In this document: in pieces, positions 12,487 through 26,304 of the stretch
How the letters are laid out: every line of letters starts with the position of its first letter
How positions within the stretch are numbered: the first letter of the stretch is position 1
Source of the DNA: Tubiluchus corallicola
Taxonomy: Eukaryota; Animalia; Priapulida
NCBI GenBank assembly: GCA_030141605.1
Contig: JAQGDQ010000686.1
Location: forward strand, 1 to 64,000
DNA: 64,000 nt
Reading direction: 5' to 3'
Notes under the pieces: generated by a model
Databases searched by the model: none
Told to the model about the DNA's origin: nothing
Seen by the model: the letters and a program-made list of their open reading frames with translations, nothing else
Made by a program: the position numbers and the translations under genes

Positions 12487-13332
12487 TTATCTGCACAAAC
12501 AGATTTTTTTGAATGCTTTTCTAAACTTGCTATTCATTGCAGCATAGATCATTGGATTGGCAAAACTGTTGCAATATCCAAACCAAATGCAGAAGAAAAA
12601 ATTCAGAGTGCTATTTGCCGAATCTGGTTTTCTTATTATGAAATTAGGCCCCCAGCAAATGAAGAATACAACAGTGCTCACAAGTAACATCTTTGTTGCT
12701 TTCATTTCTGACACCTTTACACTAGACTGTGGATTTTCTTGCCGAATTCTCAACACTTGCCTCCGTGCAGCCTTCCATATTATTGTGTATAACACTGATA
12801 GTATGATTACAGGCAAATAAAAGAACAGAATTTTATCCATTAGAAACACTGAATGAAATCCTTTCAAGTTTAGTGCCATGATTAAATAGGCTGCAGCAAA
12901 CCCAAGAAGCCAAGTAGCACAAATGAAAGCAGCTATCATCCTCCCTGTGATGTAGATGTTGTACTTATAGGGATGTAAAATAGCCAAATATCTTTCCACA
13001 GCTATAATGCATAGGTGCATTATGCTCACATTTGTCAAAAGCGTCATGGTGAAGCGAATGACATGTCTTAAAATTTCGTTAGCTAGTCTCAAGCGAATTA
13101 CTTGCAAAGGCATTATTTCTCCAACCAACAAATCCACCACGGCTAGTGACACGATCAGAGCATTCATTTTCGTTCGCAGCTGCTCGTACTTGTAAACTGC
13201 GACAAGAATTAACATGTTGCCAGCAATCACAATGAAAGCAGTGACCACAAACAAGTATAAAGCAATTTGCCAAATATGCAAGTTTTTCACCTCTGCTTGT
13301 CCGGTCGCATTTGCAGTAAAATTATCCATCAT
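12487..13332 (-). CDS. Single-exon class A GPCR, family A (A5), 281 aa
   Basis: Intact 7TM ORF; unusual Glu in TM2 (DLLVGEIMP). Confidence 0.95.
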   Translation of the reverse strand: MMDNFTANATGQAEVKNLHIWQIALYLFVVTAFIVIAGNMLILVAVYKYEQLRTKMNALIVSLAVVDLLVGEIMPLQVIRLRLANEILRHVIRFTMTLLTNVSIMHLCIIAVERYLAILHPYKYNIYITGRMIAAFICATWLLGFAAAYLIMALNLKGFHSVFLMDKILFFYLPVIILSVLYTIIWKAARRQVLRIRQENPQSSVKVSEMKATKMLLVSTVVFFICWGPNFIIRKPDSANSTLNFFFCIWFGYCNSFANPMIYAAMNSKFRKAFKKICLCR

Positions 13333-13712
13333 ACACGCATGTTAACTGCCCTCTAATTGTATTTTGCACAGTTCTCTACACACAATATTCCAATATACAA
13401 ATACCACATTTTACATGTTTTTGATGAACATTTAAAGAGAGATCGAGTTTGCATGTCTATGCATTGGATTCTGTTTTAGCCTAACGAAAATAGGTCTGAG
13501 CTGCATAGAACAGGATTTTAACAATTAGTGGTGTATTATATACTAAGTGAAGCCTGCGTTGACAGATCATTTACTGTTTATCAAATGCAACAGCCATGAC
13601 AACATTTCTATTTACCATCAAATAGAGTCTTTGTTGCTCTGTTCACTAGAAAAGGTGTGTCATGTATGAAACAGCATTGTCTGGAGCACATTAGTGTCTG
13701 TTTATTCACTTT

Positions 13713-13889
13713 CAGAGCATTCATTTTCGTTCGCAGCTGCTCGTACTTGTAAACTGCGACAAGAATTAACATGTTGCCAGCTATCACTGCGAAGACAGTG
13801 AACACGTAAAAGTACAAAGCAATTTGTGGAATTTGCAAGTTTTTCACCTCTGCTTGTCCAGTCATATTTGCTGTAAAATTATCCATCAT
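13713..13889 (-). pseudogene. 3'-truncated family A GPCR fragment (N-terminus, TM1, ICL1)
   Basis: MMDNFTANMTGQAEVKNL...YEQLRTKMNAL, then joins the upstream flank of A5. Its own 5' flank (13890-14100) is retained. Confidence 0.88.
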
Positions 13890-14472
13890 ACCATGAACAA
13901 GTTAAGAACCATGTTTAATTCGATAATGCACTAGTCCATCATCCTTGGTGCCTCAAACATTTCTCTTTTATAAAGTGCCACACAATGTATTTTTTAGTCT
14001 ACAAATACCACATTTTACATGTTTTTGATGAACGTTTAAGAGAGATCAAGTTTGCATGTCTACGCATTGGATTCTGTTTTAGCCTAATGAAGAAAAGCTC
14101 TGATGTGCGACTCAGTTAAAGGTGTTAATTCTGCACCACTCTAATTTTTGTTGTTGTTGCTCTTTCGTCACACACGAAGCAAGTTTGCAGCTACCTAGCA
14201 CTTGTCTGACATCATGTGAATATGACGCTACATTCAACGTGAAAGGCTCTTGTCAGGTAAAATTATCAGAGAAATAAAATGAAAGTGTACTGGACAATAC
14301 TAGAGTATATTATAAATAGATTCATGAAGGTGAAGAAACTTTGATCACGATCTTACAAGAAAATAATGGAATGTCTTGAACATTACCACATAGATGTTAC
14401 AGACATTTATGCGCAAACAAATATAAAGAATTTTTAAATCAGATATTAAAAAATTAATGTTTTGTGTTTATA

Positions 14473-14640
14473 AACAATCAGTGCATTGTTTATTTTCCGC
14501 AACTGCATGTACTTGTAAACTGAGATGAGAATTAGCGTGTTGACAGCAATTATAGCCACAGCAGTAAACAGGTACAAACATAAAATAATTCGGTCTCTCT
14601 GATCTGCTTGATCTGTTACATTTACTGAACAATTTAACAT
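14473..14640 (-). pseudogene. 3'-truncated divergent family A GPCR fragment (N-terminus, TM1, ICL1)
   Basis: MLNCSVNVTDQ...LYLFTAVAIIAVNTLILISVYKYMQLRKINNALIV, then homology ends. The N-terminus resembles A10. Confidence 0.85.
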
Positions 14641-16452
14641 TATGTAGGTACGTTAGATGTCTTATTTGATCACTAGTCACTTATCCTGGACACGTTGTGT
14701 AACTCACTAAAATGTCGCAGGTTAATTACTTTTTCACTTCACAGATACTAAGTTCCTACCTGTTTTTAACATACTTAATCAAGTATGCAGGTGTATTCAT
14801 GTTCTTATTAATGGAGCAATTATCAATAGAAAGTGTGTACTTGGTCTTTGTAATAAAGTTGCTATTAGTGAGAATGATATTAGTAAGCATTTAAGTGAAT
14901 GTGATGCATTTTTACTTCCTCCATTAGAAACAAATGGATTGAAGTTCTTTAGTTTTCGGTAAGGCATTGCCGACGTGACTTTTATAGTTTATTCATTCAT
15001 TTACTTTGTATGTCACTAACTAGTCATAATTGTAAATATTTATAACTGTTGTATGCAACTTTTTGTCCTGAATGTATTTTTGTATAATGTATGAACCTAG
15101 AGTTTGCAATAAAACTTAAATCGAATCAAATCAATCTTTATCTGAAAGACTTCAGCTTGGATGAAATGCCTTCAATCGGCACAAATGTCTTACACAGCAT
15201 TTTCGCAATCATGCGAAGCAAAGTATGGACCTCCTTTTCAGGTTCATATATGTCGAATATTAGAATGAACTCACACTCAAATATTTCTTTTATCTAGATA
15301 AAATATTTCAAACATAACATGTGTCAGAAAAATCCTAGAATACCAATCCAAAATAGCAAGTGCACATGTGAAGCCAAGTATGGAGGTCCTTTTCAGGTTC
15401 AAATATGTCGAATATTAGAATGTACTCACACTCAAATGTTTCTTTCATCTAGTTAAATATTTCAAACATAACATGTGTCAGAAAAATCCTAGAATACCGG
15501 TAATCCAACGTAGCAAGTACACGTGCTGCAAAAAGTTCAAAATGGCAAAAATCAAATCTGGCAGCTTGACTCTGCACAATACTCTCACTGTTGGAAAAGT
15601 TCTTTTATCACACTTGAAGTAAGTTAACACCTGACTAGCACAACGTGATACGATGTTACGTTCAACGGGAAAGGCTCATGTCGAGTGAAATTTGGATAGC
15701 ATACAAATCAGTAAGAACCTTGATAGTTTTCCAACATGCAAGTCTAAATATGGTATACATATACAGAGCTTTGCAGCAGGATTAAATAAACATCACTTCT
15801 TATCATGGAATGTTTGTGCAAAAGATGTGTTAACTGAAGGCGCTAGCTCAATAAATGTGATTTGATGGCAGCAACCAAAGTTAAGCTACTTTGAGTTGCT
15901 ATTAAATAGAGGGGTGACTATGAAAGCAGGGCACTTCATCAGCCATGTAATCATACACATCATACTTCAACCAGGTAACAGCAACAATCAGCATGCATAA
16001 TGAAACCACCTAGAGCTAGTATCGAACACAGGTGATCAGGAACCATTTTCTCACAAGTTCAGTTTGTCACAAAGCACACAACATGACCACTCAGCCATGT
16101 AGTTCGTCTGTGTTGACTTAGTGAGAGCTTTCTGAATGGCAACATTAAATATTGAGTAAGACCAGGTGAAAATTTCCCTTTCTTTTCAGTTTTGAAAAAC
16201 TTGACAAAATTTTGAAATTTTTGTTGTTTGTTGGATGCCAGATGTTATAAAAGTTTAACCACAGCATTATAATTTCAAGACAACGATTTTGAAATTCTAT
16301 AGTCTTCTACCTAAAGGCATTTCCTGCTGAACTTAAACTCAGTACAGGCTGACATGCTGTAGTCACTTGCATTTAACGTATTTCGATTTTTTGACATGAT
16401 CTCTTACTGACCAATACACTACTCACTAATCCGTATATATTTCAACTTGGCT

Positions 16453-17301
16453 TCATTTGCACAAACAGATTTTCTTGAAAGCTGCTCTAAACTTGTTGTT
16501 CATTACGGCATAAATGATTGGATTGGCAAAACTGTTGGAGAATCCAAACCAAAGCCTGAGTAAAGTATAATAGTCATTTTTCACAGGACCTAGTTTTGGA
16601 ATTATGAAAACAGGTCCCCAGCAAACGAAGAATACAACAGTGACCACAAGTAACATCTTTGTTGCTTTCATTTCTGACACCTTTACACTAGTTTGTGGAT
16701 TTTCTTGATGAATTCTCAACAGTTGCCTCCGTGCAGCCTTCCATATTATTGTGTATAGTACTGATAGTATGATTAGAGGCAAATAAAAGAACAAAATGTT
16801 ATCCACGAGAACTACTGAATGAAATCCTTTAGGGATGTACAACGCTATGATTAGACAGACTGCAGCAAACACAAGAAACCAAGTAGCACAAATGGAAGCA
16901 GCTATCATCTTCCCGGTAATGTACATGTTGTACTTATAGGGATGTAAAATAGCCAGATACCTTTCTGCAGCTATAACACATAGATGTATTATGCTCACAT
17001 TCATCAGAAATATCATAATGCATTCACCAACTAGAATTAACATTGCGTTATCTTTTTTCAAACGAGGGATTGTTGAAGGCAGCATTAGTCCGACTAATAA
17101 GTCTGCCACAGCTAGCGACACGATCAGTGCATTCGTTTTTGTCCGTAGCTCTACGTACTTATAAACAGCTACTAAAATTAACATGTTGCCAGCAATTATA
17201 GCCACAGCAGTAAACACATACAAGCATAAGATTATTTGTAAAGTAGTAGATGGTTGCTTCTGCACTCCATCCTGTGTCATATTTGCAGTAAAGTTAATCA
17301 T
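16453..17301 (-). CDS. Single-exon class A GPCR, family A (A6), 282 aa
   Basis: Intact 7TM ORF with GN, LAVAD, ERY, FYLP, CWGP and NPIIY. Confidence 0.95.
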   Translation of the reverse strand: MINFTANMTQDGVQKQPSTTLQIILCLYVFTAVAIIAGNMLILVAVYKYVELRTKTNALIVSLAVADLLVGLMLPSTIPRLKKDNAMLILVGECIMIFLMNVSIIHLCVIAAERYLAILHPYKYNMYITGKMIAASICATWFLVFAAVCLIIALYIPKGFHSVVLVDNILFFYLPLIILSVLYTIIWKAARRQLLRIHQENPQTSVKVSEMKATKMLLVVTVVFFVCWGPVFIIPKLGPVKNDYYTLLRLWFGFSNSFANPIIYAVMNNKFRAAFKKICLCK

Positions 17302-17878
17302 TTTGCTTGAAAATATAAAGCCTTATTCAACAGCACATAAATAGCATATCCTGGTGTCTTAGGTAAAAGACACTAAATATTTTTTCGCTATATAAATGTT
17401 ACATTTTCATCAGCTTTGATCAAATGCTGAAAGTAGACCAAATTTGCAAGTCTACTAGTCACAAGTATCAATTCTAGCATAATAAAGAAATGCAGCTAAT
17501 TGTATGGAGTAGATCTTTCACATTACTGCTGTGTCAACCTAACTCAGTACCATGTTTGTGGACCACTTATGTGGAATCAAAGTCAACAGCCAGTCAGCCA
17601 CCTAACAATTGACTTTTGATCTGTCCAACAAAAACTAGGTGCTTTTACACACACAGTTAAGTGACAGCACTATATAGCAAACAGCACCTTACGGAATGCA
17701 TATTCATTTTCTTGGTTGCAATAGGCATACATTGTTATTATTTTTCTTTGCATGGCATGTAATAGTTAGGAAAGTGATTCATGTTGGATACACAGAGGTC
17801 TCTTGTGTATCTTTTCATCATACTATTGACTGCAGCCCATCGTATATATTAATTTCGCTGGTATGTTATATAGTGTGT

Positions 17879-17899
<21 letters not shown>

Positions 17900-17910
<11 letters not shown>

Positions 17911-18612
17911 ATATATATAAGATTCGAGGCTAAAGCTCCAACGACAGCAACATTTGTGGCGATCTACATATCAAAGGAAAGGTCTCGATCTAGTGTGGTC
18001 TCATTGGGGGTTTCTTTTTCGATTTCGACCCACCGGGACGAATAGGGGGCGAAAAACCTCCAAAAATGGCCATTTTTCGCCCATTGCCAAACTTATAGCT
18101 CTTATTTCTGGAGAATGGGAATGGGCTTGGGGTAGTGCTGGCTATGAATAGATAGCCCGTTCAACGGCGGGTGTATCTAGAATTCGTGGGAGGGTCATGG
18201 CGCCCTGCAACGGGCGTTTTCTTGGACCTGTCTCCCGATTTTTGGAAATTTTATTCAAACAGCCTGTAGAAAAAAATCTACTAGCGACTCTCGGAAGGAG
18301 ATACATGGCTCTTTAGAAAGAGGAAAAACAGGGCTACACGATGATGTGGGCTATATTTTAGGACACGTCCACCAAGAGTAGTGCTGACGAGTTAATTAGA
18401 TGTTACATTTTTGGCAATTTTCGCTTAAAAAACTGCTGACGCAAAGCCATTGTTCTGACGTCATCCATTATACTCTGTCTGTAACCTTATAACTTTAATT
18501 CAGTAAAAGCTGCTGCTGGCTTTGCGTCATAAATGAGGACTATGTAGGATGTTTGCATTTTATTGATTATAAGTGTATTTATACGCAAAATTTTTTGCAG
18601 GGCCTTTGCTAG
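17900..18612 (+). mobile_element. Putative non-autonomous Helitron-like insertion
   Basis: Begins in a (TA)n run, is more GC-rich than its flanks, and ends with a short hairpin (gcaaaa-tt-ttttgc, 18585-18598) followed by ggcctttgCTAG and then T. The 5' boundary is uncertain. Confidence 0.5.
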
Positions 18613-18779
18613 TTGATAATTAATTCTTTTGTACTGAACAGTAAACAAAAATAAATAATTAAGTACGAAGATATCTTAGCAATATGGCCTAACATAATTC
18701 CTGAAAGTTTGGCTACTATATCCAGTCAGTCCCCATTTCATGAAAATTTGGCCTTAACATACTATAACATATTTGCCTA

Positions 18780-19945
18780 GAGCAAATGAGACCATGATTA
18801 CATAATAAGCAAAGCACTGTGCATCTATTGTTTTGTTCATGTATGCCTCAAAGGTATTTGACTTAGTGAACTATCGCAAGCTATTATTTAAATTACCACA
18901 AATTACCGTTCCAAAAATTATTGTTTGTGTACTTTCTTTATTTAGAACAGACATTTACTGTTAGATGGGGTCAATGTAATTCCTAAGTCTTTAAAGTAGG
19001 AAACAGTGCCGAACAAGGTGGAATACTAGCTCCTGTTCTTTTTAATTTTTATTTCAGGGAGCTTAGTGTTAAGTTGAGTGAAACACATAAAGGCTGTTGC
19101 ATTGGTGAAAAACATGTTAACAATTTGATGTATGCGGATGATGTGTTTCTGTTGGCAAAACAATAAGTGCTTTACAACAGCTAGTTGATATATATATATA
19201 TATGAAGTATTCTGTCGAATATGACATACAAGTGAATGAGAATAAAACAAAACTAATCTCTGTTAAATCAAGTACCATGTCACAAGTATCGTTTAGCTCA
19301 TTATATGTAAATGATTGTGGTATAGGCTACAATGTTATCAAGAAAAATACTCAGGACATATCAAAACTCCAGGCAACAAAGACAATTTAGACAGTATAAG
19401 GCAAAGTTCTCTGTTTTATTGTATTGCAAACAAACTACTAAATGCATTTAAAAACTGTAGTGATGATGCAAAAAGATATTTGATAAATAGCTACTGTATG
19501 GCTACATGGAGAAACTACAATCTTTATAATATTAAAAAACTAAAGGTAGCATATAATATATTACTGTGTAAAGTTTGTGGAAAACTGTTCGACTTTAGTG
19601 CAAGAAAATTATGCTTCCTACAATTTAAAATACTTCAATTTTATTAGTAGAAAATGTGTATTTAGCCTGTACATATAAGGATAATAAATCAGTAGTAATA
19701 CCATTGTGAATCAGCTTTGTACCAGTGATAATAGGTACATGTCAAGTATGTGCGCTAAATGGTGATCAATCTTTTACACATGATTATTATTTTTATTTTA
19801 TTCATATTCTAGGGTTCAATTAGGTTATAGAAAGTTTAGTATTTTTTGTGTATGTTTGTAAATAGTATTTATAATTTGTGTGTGATTGTATGCATTATAC
19901 TATACACCTTAGTGTGAAATAAAAAGTTAAATTCAAATTAAAAAA
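18780..19945 (+). mobile_element. Degenerate 5'-truncated non-LTR retrotransposon (RT remnant)
   Basis: Broken RT motifs ASKVFDLV (~18845), VRWG, QGGILAPVLFNFY (~19015) and LMYADD (~19125); AT-rich 3' region with aataaa tail; many stops and frameshifts. Confidence 0.8.
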
Positions 19946-20392
19946 ATAAGGGATTCCAGATACCATGGTCGAGAGGATCAAATTGCCATTTTCTTCTTAA
20001 TAGCAAATCATTATCAGAGCTTTGCTTCTGTGCAGAAGATATGACACAAACTGATTCATTCTTTATCATTTTTCTCAGTTCCATGTATTGAGTGCCACCA
20101 CAAGACTCTAATAGAGCTTATTATGATTAGGTTGACGGGGTTGAATTGTGTGTTGAAATTTTACAATGTTCTCTCCTGAAGGCATTTCTTGTTGAACCTA
20201 AATTCACTGCAGGTTGATGTGCTGTAGTTGACTTGTTATAATAAATGTTTCTAGTTGTTCGCAATTTAATTTAATGTTTTCCATTGATGGTTTTGTTCAT
20301 AAAACTTCAAATGTATTTTGATTTGTTTGATAGACACCATCTCTTACTGACCAACATCTACTCACTGATCCGTATATATTTCAACTTTGCCT

Positions 20393-21241
20393 TCATTTGC
20401 ACAAGCAGATTTTCTTGAAAGCTGCTCTAAACTTGTTGTTCATTACGGCATAGATGATTGGATTGGCAAAACTGTTACAGTATCCAAACCAAAGCCTGAG
20501 CAAATTATAGCGGTCATTTTTCAAAGGATCCTTTTTTGTAACTATGAAAGTAGGTCCCCAGCAAACGAAGAATACAACAGTGGTCACAAGTAACATCTTT
20601 GTTGCTTTCATTTCTGCCACCTTTACACTAGTCTGTGGATTTTCTTGATGAATTCTCAACACTTGCCTGCGTGCAGCCTTCCATATTATTGTGTATAGTA
20701 CTGATAGTATGATTATAGGCAAATAAAAGAATAAAATGTTATCCACGAGAAATACTGAACCAAATCTTTTAGTTACATATAGTGCTATGATCAGACTGGC
20801 TGCAGCAAACCCAAGAAACCAAGTAGCGCAAATGAAAGCAGCTATCATCTTCCCTGTGATGTAGCTGTTGTACTTATAGGGATGTAAAACAGCCAGATAC
20901 CTTTCTGCAGCTATTACACATAGATGTATTATGCTCACGTTTGTCAAAAATATTATAACACATTCACGAACTAGAGCTAAAATTGCGTTATCTTTTTTCA
21001 AACGGATGATTTTAGAAGGCAGCATTATTCCGACTAGTAAATCCGCCACGGCTAGCGACACGATCAGTGCATTTGTTTTCGTCTGTAGCTGTATGTACTT
21101 ATAAACAGCTACTAAAACTAACAGGTTGCCAGCAGTTATAGCCACAGCAGTAAACACATACAAGTATAAGAAAATTTGTAAAGTAATATATGGTTGTTTC
21201 TGCACTCCATCCTGTGTCATATTTACTGTAAAATTAATCAT
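20393..21241 (-). CDS. Single-exon class A GPCR, family A (A7), 282 aa
   Basis: Intact 7TM ORF. Confidence 0.95.
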   Translation of the reverse strand: MINFTVNMTQDGVQKQPYITLQIFLYLYVFTAVAITAGNLLVLVAVYKYIQLQTKTNALIVSLAVADLLVGIMLPSKIIRLKKDNAILALVRECVIIFLTNVSIIHLCVIAAERYLAVLHPYKYNSYITGKMIAAFICATWFLGFAAASLIIALYVTKRFGSVFLVDNILFFYLPIIILSVLYTIIWKAARRQVLRIHQENPQTSVKVAEMKATKMLLVTTVVFFVCWGPTFIVTKKDPLKNDRYNLLRLWFGYCNSFANPIIYAVMNNKFRAAFKKICLCK

Positions 21242-22894
21242 TTTGCTTGAATATACAGTGCCTTATTTGATAGTGCATAAATAGCATATCCTGGTGTCTT
21301 GGGTAAACTCTTTACTGTAAAATGACACACACTTGATTTAAAAACACTATTTACTTATTAATTGCTTCACACTTGCTGGATAGTAGACTTAACTGATGTC
21401 ATGCACAATATAAAAGTTTGAATTTTAGATAGCAACATGCTCCACTTTTGCAAAATGTGCAACTCAGTTAAAGGTGCTAACTCTGCACCACTCTCATTTT
21501 TGTTGTTGTTGCTCTTTTATCACACACGAAGCAGGTTTGCAGCTGCCTGCCACTTGTCTGATACGTAGTGAATATGAAGCCACATTCAACATGAAAGTCT
21601 CTTGTCAGGAGTGAGAACTTTCACACTTTTGCAAGTCTAAATATCGGATACAAAGAGCTTTCCATCAGGATTAAACAAAAGATGTTGTTTATCGTGAAAT
21701 GTTTGCACAAGAGACGCATTATCAAAAGGCGTTAGCTCAATAAAATTGATTTTGTGGCATGGGGAACAAGTTTAGTGTGCTTAGTTGACAAAGTTAAGCT
21801 ACTGTGAGTTGCTATTATATAGAGGGGTGACTACTACAAAAGCTGCTTCAGAGCACCTCATCAGCCATGTGATATCATTCATCCAGGTAACAGCAACAAT
21901 CAGCATGGCTAATGAAACCACCCAGAGTGAGTACAGGTTGGTCATAAACTATTTTCTTACAAGTTCAGCTTGTCACAAAGCACACGCTATGACAACTCGA
22001 CTGTTCAGTTTGTATGTATTAACTTTGTGAGAGTTTTCTGATTTGTAACATTAAATATTGAGTAAAGTCAGACAAGTTGAAGGCAACCATAAGCCTCCGT
22101 CATTTGAAAGAGAAATAGATTCGCGAAGATGGTACAAAAATGTGCAGAAACCTTGATCACGATCTTACAAGAAAATGATGGAACATTTTAAACAGTACCA
22201 CATTGATGTTTTATGCACAAACAAAGATAGAGAAATTTTAAATCAGATATTAAAAAATAAATGCCAGAAAAGATTTTGTGTCTATTGTTAAAATTAAAAG
22301 CAATTATTCCAAGTGTCCAACATTTTCACTGCAAAAAGTGGACAAACTTTCTCACTTCTCCAAGAGGGATGCGATCCCAGCACTAAACAACTTTTGCTTT
22401 TACTTCGTCTGCATAAAGCGGCTCTGGGCAGCCATCATACATCCTCTTCCGAGAATTCCAGATACCACAGTCGAGAGGATCAAGTCCCCTTTTTTCCTAG
22501 ATAGCAAATCATTATCAGAGCTTTGTTTCTGTGCAGAAGATATAACATAAACTGATTCATTTCTTTATCATTTTTCTCAGTTCCATGTATTGAGTGCCAC
22601 CTCAAGACTCTAATAGAGCATATTATGATTAGGTTGACGGGGTTGAATTGTGTGTTGAAATTTTACAATGTTCTCTCCTGAAGGCATTTCTTGTTGAACC
22701 TAAATTCACTGCAGGTTGATGTGCTGTAGTTGACTTGTTATAATAAATGTTTCTAGTTGTTTGCAATATAATTTAATGTTTTCCATTGATGGTTTTGTTC
22801 ATAAAACTTCAAATGTATTTTGATTTGTTTGATAGACATGATCTCTTACTGAGCAACATCTACTCACTGATCTGTATATATTTCAACTTTGCCT

Positions 22895-23743
22895 TTATTT
22901 GCACAAACAGATTTTCTTGAAAGCTGCTCTAAACTTGTTGTTCATTACGGCATAGATGATTGGATTGGCAAAACTGTTACAGTATCCAAACCAAAGCCTG
23001 AGCAAATTATAACGGTCATTTTTCAAAGGATCCTCTTTTGTAACTATGAAAGTAGGTCCCCAGCAAACGAAGAATACAACAGTGGTCACAAGTAACATCT
23101 TTGTTGCTTTCATTTCTGCCACATTTACACTAGTCTGTGGATTTTCTTGATGAATTCTCAACACTTGCCTGCGTGCAGCCTTCCATATTATTGTGTATAG
23201 TACTGATAGTATGATTAGAGGCAAATAAAAGAATAAAATGTTATCCACGAGAAATACTGAACCAAATCTTTTAGTTACATATAATGCTATGATCAGACTG
23301 GCTGCAGCAAACCCAAGAAACCAAGTAGCGCAAACGAAAGCAGCTATCATCTTCCCTGTGATGTAGATGTTGTACTTATAGGGATGTAAAACAGCCAGAT
23401 ATCTTTCTGCAGCTATTACACATAGATGTATTATGCTCACGTTTGTCAAAAATATTATAACACATTCACGAACTAGAGCTAAAATTGCGTTATCTTTTTT
23501 CAAACGGATGATTTTAGAAGGCAGCAGTAGTCCAATTAGTAAGTCTGTCACGGCTAGCGACACGATCAGTGCATTCGTTTTTGTCTGTAGCTGTATGTAC
23601 TTATAAACAGCTACTAAAACTAACATGTTACCAGCAATTATAACCACATCAGTAAACACATACAAGCATAAGAAAATGTGTAAAGTAGTAGATGGTTGTT
23701 TCTGAGCTCCATCCTGTGTCATATTTGCAGTAAAGTTAATCAT
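22895..23743 (-). CDS. Single-exon class A GPCR, family A (A8), 282 aa
   Basis: Intact 7TM ORF; body nearly identical to A7, N-terminus like A6. Confidence 0.95.
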   Translation of the reverse strand: MINFTANMTQDGAQKQPSTTLHIFLCLYVFTDVVIIAGNMLVLVAVYKYIQLQTKTNALIVSLAVTDLLIGLLLPSKIIRLKKDNAILALVRECVIIFLTNVSIIHLCVIAAERYLAVLHPYKYNIYITGKMIAAFVCATWFLGFAAASLIIALYVTKRFGSVFLVDNILFFYLPLIILSVLYTIIWKAARRQVLRIHQENPQTSVNVAEMKATKMLLVTTVVFFVCWGPTFIVTKEDPLKNDRYNLLRLWFGYCNSFANPIIYAVMNNKFRAAFKKICLCK

Positions 23744-25469
23744 TTTGCTTGGAAATATAAAGCCTTAATTGATAGTGCATAAATAGCATATCATGGATGT
23801 CCTGGGTAAACTCTTTACTGCAAAACACAACAGACTTTATTCAAAAACACTAAATACCTGTTCACCATGTAAATGTTACATTTTCATCAGCTTTCATTAA
23901 ATGCTTAAAGTAGACCAAATATGCAAGTCTACTAGTCACAAGTATCAATTTGAGCGTGATAGAATTAGTGGTTTGTCAAATGAAGCCAGTACGGTGTTTG
24001 TCGTCACTTAGCAGGCATCAAAGTCAACAGCCAAGGCAAAATGGTCAGTTTACAACTGACTTTGATGCTCTGTCCACCCGCAATTAATTGACAGCAATGT
24101 ATAGCAAACAGGATCATTTAGTGTGCATCAGTTGCATATTTATTTTTCTTTGTTACATTAGGCATGCAATGTTGTTATTTTCTTTGCATGGCGTGTAAAT
24201 AACAGTTACAGAAACGATTAATGTTGGACATATAAAGCTGTGCATCATTAACTTAGGATGTTTTATTTGTAGTTAACTCAGTAAAAGTGTTGTGGAAGAT
24301 AAGGGGAATAACAGAGTGGAGATTATGATGATATAAATTAATGTCAATAAATTTACGTCAAAATACACTTTAGTCTAAACTGAAAGTGCCACCGTTCATG
24401 TTTAAATCTAAAAAGTCACAAATATAAACTTTTGAAATATTACTGCTCGGAATTAGTCCGTATTTCAGCCTGGTCGACTTATTCTGTGCACCGATGAGTT
24501 TACTAACCTTTTTTTTCGTTACGTTTGAAGTAGTTTAATTTTTAACAACTCCCTCGTATTCATCTGACGTCAGGTATGATGTAACAATTAATCTAAAAGA
24601 AACTCAGGTCAGGGGTTGAGTCCTTTTCACACTTGTTAAAACTTTGATGTCAAATATGGAGTAAATCACACAAAAATTTGCCTTGTTTTGTTTCACAGAT
24701 TATCGTGAATTCACAATTTCTTTTTCTTCTAAATGAATGGTCCAGTTGTCCACATTGATGCTAAAGAAATACTAGAAAATCCACCATTCCAAACCCAAAA
24801 TTTCGAACTGCACATTCTCCGAAAAGGTCCATAGACCTAAAGAGATCACTAGCTGCCAACCGTCCTCTATATATTATATATATCTTTCCGATTGTTTCAC
24901 ACTTATCACGCTTGAAGTAGCTTATTACTTGCTTCACACATGCTGGATAATAAACTTAACTGATGACATGCTCAATGTAAAAGTACGAACAAGTCAGTGC
25001 AATAAGGTCAAGGTTCTATGCAAAGAATAGTTGTATTTATTGAAATTCCTGAGAAATATGTCAGGTAATAAAACTGCAAAAAGCATCTCGTGTAATTAAG
25101 TAATTCCTAAAATCTCATTAAATTCGTGATTTTAAAGCTTCTGGTTACATGCCACATGGTAATATACATCTATCTATTGCTCACATGTGTTCATATCAAG
25201 GTTATCATTACACAAAAATTGGTATACAAACTTTTGTTATAAAAAGACAGCGCCCCTGTTTGCTCTAGGTCATTTTTGAAATCATAAACCAAACCTATTG
25301 GCATCGGCACATCAAATTACACAAACTTGGTCCAAGCGCTCGATTTTTACGAATTCCTTCTGCACAAAATAGCAATGACTGTAAAGAATATTTTATCTTC
25401 TATAGTTGTTAACTACATATCCATGTTTTGTTGATCAAAGCACTATTCACATATTCTGCTAATTACCTC

Positions 25470-26304
25470 TTACTTGCACAAACAGATTTTCTTGAAAGCT
25501 TTTCTAAACTTGTTGTTCATTACAGTATAGATGATCGGATTGGCGAAACTGTTACAGTATCCAAACCAAATGCAGAAGAATGAGGCAATATTTGTTGAGT
25601 CTGGTTCTGAAATTATGAAAGTAGGGCCCCAGCCAATGAAGAATACAACAGTGACCACAAGTAACATCTTTGTTGCTTTCATTTCTGCCACGTTTACACT
25701 AGTCTGTGGATTTTCTTGATGAATTCTCAACACTTGCTTCCGTGCAGCCTTCCATATTATTGTGTACAGTGCTGATATTATGATCATAGGCAAATAAAAG
25801 AACAGAATTTTATCCATTAGAACTACTGAACGAAATCCTGTCTTCTCTAGTGCTATGACTAAACAGGTGCCAGCAAACCCAAGAAACCAAATAACAGAAA
25901 CAAAAGTAGCTATCATCTTCCCGGTGATGTAGATGTTGTACTTATAGGGATGTAAAATACCTTTCAACAGCTATTACACACAGATGTATTATGCTCACAT
26001 TTACTGAAAATAACACAACATATCTGGTAACATTTAATATTAATATCATGTTAACCAGACTCAAGAGAATTACTCTCACAGGCAGCATTATTCCGACTAG
26101 TAAATCCGCTACAGCTAGCGACACGATCAGTGCATTCGTTTTCGTCTGTAGCTGTATGTACTTATAAACAGCTACTAAAACTAACAGGTTGCCAGCAGTT
26201 ATAGCCACAGCAGTAAACACATACAAGTATAAGAAAATTTGTAAAGTAATATATGGTTGTTTCTGCACTCCATCCTGTGTCATATTTACTGTAAAATTAA
26301 TCAT
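25470..26304 (-). pseudogene. Family A GPCR (A9) with an 8-bp frameshifting deletion just after ERY
   Basis: Split ORFs 25942-26304 and 25470-25967. Relative to A10, gccagata (plus strand) is deleted between ata microhomologies at ~25958. Confidence 0.9.
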
